Below are positions 12,201 through 23,170 of a stretch of 64,000 nucleotides of DNA, one piece after another. Each line of letters starts with the position of its first letter. Positions within the stretch are counted from its first letter, which is position 1. The notes beneath the pieces were generated by a model. That model saw only the letters and a list, made by a program, of their open reading frames with translations, was not told the origin of the DNA and did no database searches. Where the stretch lies: NCBI GenBank assembly GCA_013265495.1, contig MU057887.1, forward strand, positions 2,761,576 to 2,825,575, read 5' to 3'. This stretch comes from Vicugna vicugna. Lineage: Eukaryota. The translations under genes and the position numbers were made by a program.

Positions 12201-15200
12201 CGTCCCCAGGTTTCCCCGGAACTCCCGACCCTGGACCCAACAGTCACCTCTACGCTTCTCCCTGGGGGACCAGTGGGGGACCCTACCTCGCAGATGGGGT
12301 CCCCTCACGGCTGTGGGTCTGGGGGCGCCCTCCCCCGAGCTCCCCGCCCACTTCTCTGGAGGATGGTGGCGCAGAGTGCGTGGGGGCTGGTGTCCCGGGG
12401 ACAGTTCCAGCTGCCGCCTTCACTCCACGGCCATCCCTGGGTTTGCAGGAATCCATCCGACTGTCAGTCGAGGTGACATCTGACGAGGCAGGATTTTATT
12501 GAAACATGCAGACCTCTGCACTGAATGCTGATGTGGGCTTTGTACGGGGAGCAGCGCCCGGGCTGGGGGTGCACGCTGGGTGTTAATTGTGTTAACAACG
12601 CGCCGGACCCCCCTGGGCTGCGGGACCAGGTGCCAGCTGTGCTTCGTGGCTGCCTTTCCACCCTTTTTAGAGCAAGCCCAGCGTGGAGGACGTGCCGCAT
12701 CCCCTGAGCCCCTCGCTCAAAGGCCCGCTCTGGGTCGTTTGGGCCTTGTGCGGGTGAGAAGGCCCGGGGTCCGGCCACCCGCTGGGCGTTGCAGGGAGCC
12801 GCTTGTCCAGGGCCCTGGGCTCCTCACCTTCACAGCAGTCGGGGCAGCATTGAGCAGCCCAGACCGGGCAAGTCGGGGCCTAGTGGGAATCTGGGTCTGG
12901 GGGTCGTCAGGAGGAGGTCGAGCACAAGGCTGACATCCCGAACCTCCCCTGGTCCCTAGAGGGTCAGATGGGGGAGGGGAGCGAAATGAAGGTTAGGACT
13001 TACTTCTCAGTCGGGCAGCCGCCTCCCCCAGTGTGACCGTCTCCTCCGAGTGGGAGCCGCCGGCCCAGCCCCGCAGGTCCGTCCGCAGGAAGTGGTGACT
13101 CAGCCATCTCCAAACCCCTTCCCAGACATTCAGGTGCCAAGGGTTTCAAGTCCTAAGGAGCTGCTACGTTTTTAGGATGTGGCACCCTCTCTCTCTCTCC
13201 ACCCTCACCCCAACCTTTCCATCTGCCCCCTGAAGCCCACCCCGTAACCACAGCAGCCTCAGGGCTGGTTCCAGAATTCTCGGCAGGGACGAGGTCCCTG
13301 AACCCCCACTCCGGCCCACTGTGCGCAAGCATCTCTGTCACCCTGTCTCAGGGGCTAAACCTTCCCCTTAACTCACTCACTATGGTTTATTGTCACTGGC
13401 GTCATGTGGCGCCTTGACAAGCATGGAATCCCCAAGGGGACAGTGACCCTGTGTCCCTGACCCCCAGGGGGCAGCCCAGGACCCAGTGCACAGTGCACAG
13501 CACACGCTCAGCGCATGTTTGTGGAGTCAAGTGCTCGCTCAGCCCGACTCCCATTCTTGTGGAACCCGGTTGGGCATCTCTGAGGTCCCGGTGCTGATGC
13601 TGGGAGTGGGCAGGGTTCGATCTCCCCTGCACGCCCCCCCCAGGAGTCCCGAGTCTCCCGCAGGGAGACCCAGGGTCTACACCCAGAACTAACCCAGGAC
13701 CGGGATGAGGTGGGCTCCTGGGAACGTGGGCCGCCCGCAGACACTGTCCTTGAGGCCTGTCTCTGCTACAGGCGCTTTGTCCCAGGATGCCACCCTGAGT
13801 CCTGCAGGGCCGAGGCCCTCAGTGTTGACTGGGTGGGTGGCTCTGGGCCTTGGGCCCATGGCAGGTCCTACCTGAGGGGGCCCTAGGAAGCCATTCCTGA
13901 GGCTCCTGGAAGCCGGGTCAGCGAAGGGGGTGAGGGTGAAGCCGGCACCGTGCTGGGGCACCAGAGCTCGGGGCTGGGCCCTCCTTTAGTCCCTCGAATG
14001 GCCAGGTGAGCACCTGGAGGAGCCAGGGCTGCGGGTGTAGCTGGCACGGGAGGATGGCTGGCCTGGCTGGGCCAGGCGCGCCCATCCCCCTCCCAGCCCT
14101 GGGGCGGGTGGGCGGGGCTCACTCCTGCCCCTCCCCTCTCTGTCCCCAGGGCTGCCTCTGCGCCTGTGTTCTCACCACCAACACCTCACAGGTTGGACGG
14201 CCCCCACTGCCCAGCAGGGGAAGCTTTCTCTCCTCCTCTGCGCGCACCTGTCCCAGGTGATGGGGCCTCAAGCCAGGCGCACCATCACGAAGTCCATGGT
14301 TCACTCACAGATGTGTGTCTGGCCCGTGGATGGACAGCCCTTTGAGACCCCTCAGTGCCCACTGCATGCCGTCCGCCCCCGCTGAGCTCCCAGGAGGAAG
14401 AGGCACCTGCGGATGGGGTCCTCCGTCTTCCCGACGCTGCCTGCCTGGGGCGTCAGCGGTGTGCGAGGGTCCGCAGCGTGTGGGGCGTCCTGCAGGCACG
14501 GTGTGGGGGGACCCTCGTGGTGTCTCGTTCCAGTCCCCGAGGCCCATCTGTGGCCGCCCAGGGCTGTGCCCGCCACCCGGCGAGCAGCACGTGCGTCCTG
14601 CAAGCGGAGGCTTCTCTGGCTCTGGAAAGACCAGGCGGTGGTGCTGGTGTCGGGCTGCTTGGTGCCAGAGCCCTGGGACCCTGGAGGCCCCCTGAAGCCC
14701 CCGGCCTGGTGGGGGAGGGGCGGGCCGCGGGCTGCGAGCTGTTCCCACCCGCTGCCTTCACTCAGCCCCACGAGGGCTCAAGCAGCTAGCTGGCCAGGCT
14801 CAGTCTTTGCCTTGCCTCAGAAGAGTTGTTTTTCCAGACTCTGTCCAAGTCGGTTTCAATCCACCAAAAGAAGAGCGAAGTTTGATAAATAGAAGAAGAT
14901 TAAAAATGGTAGAGAAAAAGTGCGTCCCCCCAGCTCCCAGGAGCGGACTGCCAAAACTGAAGTGTAGGGACAAAAATAGAAACAATCAGAGCGTCTGATG
15001 GCATCTCTGTCTTCAAACGAAACGGCAGCGCCGTCCGCCAGCCCAGCCGCTCGCGGCCTGGACGCCGCCTCACCTCCCGCGCTCTGTGTGAGCTGAGGGC
15101 GACCCTCCTTCCTCTGCTTGGTGGGATAGGCAGGGGGGCCTCCTCTGGAGGCCCCCCGCGCTCTGGATTCCTGGGCCGTTAGCAGGGATGTTGGGCCCTG

Positions 15201-15416
15201 AGGTTTGGACCCGTCAGGGGAGCTCCTGGGTCTGGGGTCCCCCGTGCCCCAGCCCTTTCCCTGGTGACCCGTGCCTGTGCCTAAGATACAGCTGGGACGT
15301 TCCAGGCCCTAAGGTGTCAGACTGCGCAGGAGCTGCGTGGCGAGGGCTGGAGAGGACCCTGGACTCGGCGCTGGTCGCTGGGCTGCACCCAGGTGGCCAG
15401 GAGACGGCACTTAAGT

Positions 15417-15535
15417 AATCACAGTGGAGGTGACGGCACCTTTCCTCTGGAGGCTCAGTGTCACCTGCCCGTCCTGTCTGCCACGTCGCACATATCACCT
15501 CCCTTAATCCTCACAATCCCGTCTAAGCAGGGGGC
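15417..15535 (-). mobile_element. MIR fragment
   Basis: ...cacctcccttaatcctcacaatccc..ctaagcaggg resembles the MIR reverse complement (ctcatttaatcctcacaacaaccctatgaggtagg). Confidence 0.45.
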
Positions 15536-18500
15536 TCAGAGTGGAGTCCTGGGCCAGCGTCCTCGGCCGCGCCTGGGAGCCGGTCAGAAACGCAGATTGC
15601 GGGCCCGTTCCTGGCACCCTGAATCAGGCGCTGCCAGGCGGCCCGCCCCCCCATCTGTCTCCTCTCCAGAGGGGTGATGCTCGAGCAAGTTTGAAAACTT
15701 CTGCTTGAAGCACACAGTGCGTCCTCCACCCCGTTTTAGGGAAAAATTGAGAACGCTGACGGTAACTAATTTGCCCGACATTTGGTTTCTCATCAGTGTC
15801 AGAAACAGGACCAAGAAAAGGCGGCGCCGGCCCAGACCCCAGCCCGGCGCCCCTCCCCCTGCCAGGTCCACACCGGCCGCCCTTCCTTCCGGATCCTCCT
15901 GGGTCCTAGGACAGGCAGTTGGGGACCATGAAGTCCCCAACCCTGGGCGACCTGGCCGCTGGGGGAGGCACCAGCGGTGGCCACCCAGGTTTCCCTGCAC
16001 CTGCTGGGGCCAGCGCCCCAGGACGTGCCCTTTCTCATAAGTAAAACGTAATGAGGAAGATGTTGGGGATTTTGGCAAAGTCTCCGGAGATGATTCGCGA
16101 TGCCACGCGCTTCCCACTCTCCCTGCCCCCCGCCGCCCCCAGCCCCCACTGCAAACGGGGGGTTGATCGTGAGGCCCCTTCTCAGGTTCTCAGCCAGCCT
16201 GCGTCTGACGCTCAGGGTCTGCTCCGTCGGCTGCTGCCCCCGCGGTGCTGCGTGACAAAGCGGACACTCCAGGCTCGGTGGGCGCAGGGCTCTCTGGGTC
16301 AGTGGGGGCGGCTTGGGCTGTTGGGCTGGGTCCGTGGCAGCAGGGGCAGGGCTAGATCGGACCCGGTCCAGGCTTCAGGGAGGGCTGTGGGTCCCCGGGG
16401 CTGGGCTGGTGTCAGGAGGCTGGGCCTAGGCTGAGGGGTGGGCTCTGGGCTGTTCCTGGTGTGAGGCACTGAGGATGCCAGCTCGGACCCCCGCACCAGG
16501 CCCCGCCACTCTGCCCCGCCAGCACCACGTCCCACTGGCTCCCGCGGGCCGCGTGGCGGGCACGGGGGCAGCGTCGGGGGCGGCGTTTACTCCGCTGTCC
16601 TCAGCCCCGGCCCCCCCACCCACAGCCCGGTGAGGCTGTCATACAGCAGGCGCTTAATGCATGCCTGGCCCCCCACTGGCCGGGGTCTGTTGTTTCCACT
16701 GAATTCGTCGCCTCCCCAGGAAGGAGGTTCTCTGACGCTGTCACACCCACGCTGAGGCTTTTGGCCAAAGAGACCTTCCTGATAGACTCAAATTGACCAA
16801 AAGACGTTCTCAGATGTAAAGTGTGCATCACTGGCAAGAAGTGCCCTTGTCCGTCTCGTCGTGAATTGGCTCTGGAGTGGAAACACGAAGAGAAAGTCAC
16901 ACGGCCCCCCTTCCCGCCTGGCCCGCGTCTGACTCACGGCCCGTTCCTCCGCGTCTGCTGCGAGCAGCCGTCCACCAGAGGTGAGGGCGAGTTGCCTGCG
17001 GTGTGTGGGGGTCCCGCCCTTGCAGCCGGGCTCGGTGCCGAAACCCACACGCCAGCCTGTCGGCACCGCGTGGCCCGTCAGTGGTGCCTGGAACAGTGTG
17101 AGCCCCGGGTGGCCGTGTTCCTCTGCGTCCTGGAGCTGCAGGTGGATTCCTAGTTCCAAAGCCGTGCTAATCCTGAACTTCGGTGCTGCAAATGGCTCTG
17201 CACGCGTGTTAGACGGGGGCCCTCCTTTGAACTGAGATCTTATTCATCGGATTCGTGCAGTGGCATTTGGAGAAAGGGACCCATGGCCACACCATGCAGA
17301 CTACAGGAACTCAACCACCGTGGTGCCACCGAGGGCTCAGGCCAGCTCTGGTCTGGTCTGTCCACTCTTCCAGAGGTGACGACCCCAGGCCAGGCGTTCC
17401 TGGGGGAAAGCGGACGTGCAGGAGCAGGGCCAGGCCACGGGCAGCTCTGGGACCAATGTTTCGGGTTGGGATCCGTCTCTGGCCCTCACTGCCTGTGTGG
17501 CCTTGGCAGTGGACAAGCCACAGGCCCCCTGTGCGAGTGGAGAGCAGCCCCAGCCCCCACCAGGTGGGGACTGAGCATCACCTGGGACTGACACGGGCCA
17601 GCCTCCCGGGCCCTCAGCTGGGCGCTCCTGCCCGCTCTCTGCACCAGGCGCCGGTGCAGCCGATTCATGTGCAGTGACTCACTCACGGCTGCACCCCCGT
17701 GAGGTGCTGTCGTGGCCCCCTTTCTCCCAAGGAGGAACGGAGCCACTGAGCATTTAAATACCCTGAGCATGTGGCCCACTGGTTCCAGAAGCCGGGCTTG
17801 GGTGCCAGTGCTGGTGGGTGCCCCCTGGGTGCGCTGCCGTGGCCACACTGCTGCTGGGACGGGGGCTTCTCTGCCTGCCTGTCGTGGCCTCACGCACAGC
17901 CCACAGGAACCACGTGCTCGGGGTTACCTGCCAGCCTTGAATCCTCTCGTGAACCCCTCAGGGGCCTCCCCGAGCCAGGCTGCACCCCGGGGCCAGCACA
18001 GGACCTGGCTCTGAGTGAGGGCTCCACCAGCCTGCGGGCAGCGAAAGATGCGGGCGCTTCCTGCTGTCAGAAGTGGATGTTTCTCCCGGGCTCTCCCACA
18101 GGCCAAGTCCCAGGAGGGTGAGGCGCCCCCCACCCAGAGAACTGTTGGAACGAAGGTCCTGAAATGGCCCTTGAAAGGAGAATGATCTCAGCCCAGGAGG
18201 TCCTCCCCGAGCGTCAGTCTCCACCTGAGTGGGCCCCAGGGCCCGCGGGGGCACAGAGCACACGGGACAGGACCCCAGAAAACTCACACTGCATCTCACT
18301 GGCCTGGGGGCCCCCGAATCACGACTTCAGACTTTCTAGTCCCGGTTGTCAGAAGAGCTAGCCTGGGTGTGCCCAGGCAGCTGGAGCAGACGCCTCTGCG
18401 GGCTGACCCGACCCAATCACAGCCAGTGACCGCGGGGCCGGAGCAGCCTCGACAGGTTTCTGGGTTGGCCAGTGACCTGCCTGCGTGTGCTGAGTGGGTG

Positions 18501-21500
18501 GATGCCAGGCCGTGTCAGAAGGAGGGCACGACTGGTACGACTTTCTATAGCGGGACACACGCAGAGACACACCACCAGGCGATGGCGGGAGAGGAAGTTG
18601 CAGATGAGAGGGTGCGGTGAGGTGGCGACAGCTTCCAGGGATTCCACACGTCTGTCTTACAGCCAGTGGTCACCTTGTCTCAGATGCGCGGCAGGCTCTC
18701 TGGAGGAGTGTCCTGGCATCTTCTGGGCCTGGCAGGGGGGGATCAGTGGTGTCTGTCATGGGTGCAGGTCGGGGGAGTCACCAGAGGAGCCTCTGCCTCC
18801 TCAGGGCAGCAGACAGGTGGGTCCAGGACCCTGGACTGCTCCCGGGAGGCCGCTAAGGTGCTCAAGGCTGCCTGGCACCTCGGTGAGGGGGCTTTGATCT
18901 CGGAGAGCTGGGAGCAGTCCTGTGGCCCTGCCGGGCGGAGGGCTCAGTCCTGGTCATCCGGCCTCATCCCTTGTCCTGGGTCAAAGTCCTGGAAAGGCTG
19001 GGTGTTCATGCAGAAAACCTCTGTTGTTGAAAATAGTCCCAAAGTCCTAGCCGGTGTTCCTGCCTCGGGCCTTTGTGAGGAGGGCCGGCGTGCATGGCTG
19101 GGACACTGTCCCCTGTGGCCACCGGGCTGCTCTGGGTCCCCTGTATGGCATCATTCCAAGTCCTCCACGCCCTGAGGTGCAGGGGTCTCAGCGAGCAGGG
19201 GTGCTGCCCCTTCCAGTGCAGACACCGTCATCCGCCACTGGCCTCAGGGCCTCCCTGTGGAAGGACGGCCTGTCCCGTCCCCTGTCACCTCCCAGGACAG
19301 GGGACAGCCCAAGGCAGGGCTTCCCAGAACGGAGGAGGAGCTGAAGTCCCGCCCAGAGGTGGGGCTGGTGGCAGCAGGCTCGCAGGGCTTTTGAGCTCGC
19401 GCTGTGCAGACGAGCCCATCAGGAATTCTGCTCCAGAACTCGCTGATATTTGACGTAAAGTTCAGCTCTAAATATAGACCCATGGGGCCACGTCACAGCA
19501 TGTTGTCTTTGAGGTGTGTGTGTGTGATCACGTGCGCGGTGTCGTAGTGGGCGGGCGGTGTTTTTGCATCTTTCCTAAGTCCTGCGGTGTTTTACAAGAA
19601 GGGAAACACGTGGGACAGAGACCCCAGGGTCAAGGCCTCCTGCCTTCCCACCTTCCTGCAGAGCCAGGCTGCCGCCTCGCCCGCTGCTCAGGCCGGAGCC
19701 ACCGCGCCCCAGCCGTCCCGCGGCTGCTGCTCAGGGGGAGGCTGTCGGCAGCGGAGTTGCAAGGTTAGGGGCTTCTGGGCCAGAGGAGGAAATCAGAGTG
19801 GACAGTGGACAATGTGATTAAGAGCCTGAGGCCCCTGTGGGAAGGGGGCACCACTCAGGGAAACTTCCGAGTGGCCTTTCATTTAGTAAGCAAAGCCCTT
19901 TGGCTGTTCAGCCGAAGGCTGACCAGGGTCAGTGATGACGGGGGGCTTCTCGTGGCCAAAGCCCTCGTGGGGTCTGTCTGGGGCTGCGTGCCAACACGGC
20001 CAGCTCTGATCCTCCGAGGGTCCCCGAATGGTGACCCGCCTTCCCCTCCTCCATCAGAAGGAGCCTCCGGGTCCAGGCCTTATCCAAGGAGGAAGCTGCA
20101 CTGCCCAGGCACCTGGCCTGTGCTCTCTGCCCAACTGAGATGGGTCTTGGCTGGGCGGGGGGTGCCCAGACCCATTCAGACTGCCCTCTGAGTTCCAGCA
20201 GCTGAGAACCAGGTGCCCCTGGTGTCCTGGTGGGCTGGGGCAGACCGTGGGTCGGGGGTACCGGCTGCCCTGCGGGCTAAGCCCAGGCTGGGTCAGCCTC
20301 GGACCTCAGGGCCATCTTGGGGTACAGGACAGTCCACCTGGGACACTGAGTGGCACTACCCCGCATGGCAGGGGCTGGGGTATGACTTGGGCCCCGTGGG
20401 TGGGAGGCGGTGGGCAGAGAGCTTCAGGCAGGGTGTCAGGAACGGGGCCTGCCTGTCCCTTCTGTCCCGTGGCCTTGAGCAGAGTTCTCATCTTTGGGAG
20501 CCCAATGCTTTAATGTGTGAGCTCTCGGGGGCCATAACGCCAGCTCCAAGAGGCGTGTGCAGGTTGAGTGAGTTGGTGAGGTTCAGTCTCGGGGGCAGGG
20601 AGAGAGGTCTGTGGGTGCAAGCTTCCAGCGTGGTCTTCCCTGGCTGTCTCCACCCAGGGCTGGGACGAGCCAGGACCCCTTGTCTGGGAGGGAGATGTCT
20701 GAAAGGTGGGCACATGCAGGCTAGCCGGTCTCAGGGCCCTGTGACCCTGGCCCCTCAGAAATCTGGGTCCTCCCTGCCCACCTCCCCACAAAGGCTGGAC
20801 TTTGTGAGCCTCTCACCTCCACATCTGGCATGGGGGGACCTCTCCGTCCTGGGTCTCGGTGCCCCCTCCATCACCCCAGGTCAGGGCAAGGCTTGGACAC
20901 CCCCTCGGCTCCGGTTGGGCACACAGGGCGGCTCCTTGGCCCTGCGGGGGGTACAGTGCCCAGCTTCCACCCCTGGGAAGGCTCCGTGGGGCTGAGGCAT
21001 CACCACGGTGGCAGGGGTCCCAGATCCCCCACCCCAGGGGCCCCCATTACACCAGGCTCCCAAAGAGCTCAGGACCCTGGGCTCTGGCTGGGTGCTCGGT
21101 CTGGGGGAGGGCACTGGGACCTGCTGTTCCCCATCCAGCGGCCCCCCTCCACCAGAGAGAGCTGCGTGCCACCCTGTCCCCATTCAGCTTTGTTCGCAAG
21201 CACAGGCCGTGGTCTGGGGGAGGCAGGAGGGACAGATGCATTCAGCTCTGGAACAGAACCATCTGTGGGGCCAGAGCTGCCACAGGAGAGCAGGGGCACG
21301 CGAGCGCGTGCCAGGGGCTGCGGGGGACCGCAGCTCCGCGGAGGTGACAGCTGGGCTGGGTGTGGAGAAAGGGGTGCCCTGCAGGGGGGTTAAAATATAT
21401 AAATCAGATCGCGTGGTTTTCCGTTGAGTTGTGTTGATGCAATTGAGTCGATCTGAAAGTAAATGCGCTCCCCTCGGCCTCCGACACAGGGAAGCTGGCG

Positions 21501-22659
21501 TGGGGCCGCCCCTGCCCAGGGCACCTCCACGGACAAGCCTCCCGAGGGTCTTCCTGACTCTGCATCTGGCGTGACCGCAGCCCTAACGTCTCGGAGTCTC
21601 TGTCCCAGCCCGGCTGGCTGGACCGGGGCGCGGACCCCTTCTGCTGGCAGCTGGTCTGTGCAAGGCCTCGCCCTGTGACCGGGGTGGCTTCGTTCCTGAG
21701 ACGCCTACTCACACCGGGCACCTTCCCGGGCGCTGGGCCTCAGCCCAGTCCTCACCCTGCGTGGGACGCTGAGTGACGGGCAGAGTGGGACATGCCCTCA
21801 GGGGGGTCTCCTGTAGATTAGCTCGGCTTCCTTGATGCATTGATTTTGTCAAGGGTCCGTTTATCACACTGACAACTGGAAAAACCTTAAGTAAATATTT
21901 ACCATGCAGAGTGGGGTCTGCCCAGGCTCCTGAGGGAAGTGGAGACGCAGCCATGCCGGGCTGCCCGGGCTCGGCTCTGGGGGGAGGCTGGAACTGGGGT
22001 CCCGGAGGCTGGCGCCCAAGGGCAGCGCTCCCGCCTGGGGCTCCACGGTGCTGACCGAGGGGAAGGCTGCGCCCCTGCGGGGGCTGCCTCCCACGTCTCT
22101 TTCACTCGTGCCCGCATCCACTCAGCATCCCCGAGAACCTGCAGTCTGCCCGGCCCTGTGCTGAGCTGGGAGGGGAGCGAGAGCCACCGCAGGTGGGGGC
22201 TGCCAGGCCGCAGATGTGCCCAGAAGTGACCACAGACAGGCAGGCAGGGAGAGGAGGCCCCGAGGGGGACCAGGCTGACCACAGGGTGTCCTCTGCTCAG
22301 GCTCCCTCGATCAGAGGGCCTCTCACGGTCCCAGAACCTGGCCGAGAACTTGGCGCCTCGCTGGTTTCCTTCCCTGCCGGGTGGGGAAGGTGGCCTTTGT
22401 CCTGGCCACCGTCCTCCGAGCAGGAGCATCAGGGCAGATGGGGAGACTCCCCTGACGTGGGGAAGGGGTGCTGTCCCCTTGTCTGGCGCCCTGCTCCCAG
22501 GGTCCGTCTTCATCCTCAGCTCAGCGGTACCCGGGGGCATGGTGGGGAGCGCGTGCCCGTGGGCTGTCTGAAGAATTAGGGAGAGGCACATCGTCCCCAG
22601 CCAGCCGCACCTCGGGGAAGGCGCCCAGAGTGTGCGCTGCGGCTTTGAAGGCGCAGAAG

Positions 22660-23170
22660 TTTGACAGGCTAGTTTAACTCATCATTTTTTTCCCTATTAA
22701 TCAAAATTAGGATAGGAAAGAAATTAGCATAATCCAACATTGACAATGAAGTTTTCCCATTTACTTCTCGTTCTGTGAGGGTTTTTTTAATCAGAATGAT
22801 TTATGATTAATACAGTGCACATTAAAACTTTTAACCTGCTACCTTCCTAAAGTAAAAAATGTTCCCAACATATTACATTTTTAATCACATGAGTTAATTA
22901 CTCTTCAGGGAAGCTGTGGAAATTCTAGGAAGGAGAGCATTACGGATTTCAAAGAAGGAGACTGAAACTGTCATTTTAATGAGAATGCAAATGAGAACTG
23001 TTAAGGTTCAGTGAAGGTCACAGAGGCTTAATCGGCAAATTATTATGGCCATTTATTGCCAGTAACAAATGAATATTAAAAGCTATTGTTTTAACAGATT
23101 AGATCTCCAAATTATTGTTATTTCAAAATTTCTCAGGTGTTTGAGATGCAACTTAAGGGTCATTAAATGC
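22660..23170. promoter_or_regulatory. Candidate conserved enhancer (AT-rich, homeodomain/POU motif-dense island)
   Basis: ~500 bp strongly AT-rich island in GC-rich surroundings, not resembling a repeat I recognise. TGATTTAT and TGATTAAT at 22797-22811, ATGCAAAT at 22985, many TAAT/ATTA. Confidence 0.5.

Noticed and set aside
21404-21456. 8-bp inverted repeat TCAGATCG...CGATCTGA next to TATATAAA
   Set aside because: Short arms with a 37-nt loop; within chance expectation, and no supporting promoter features.
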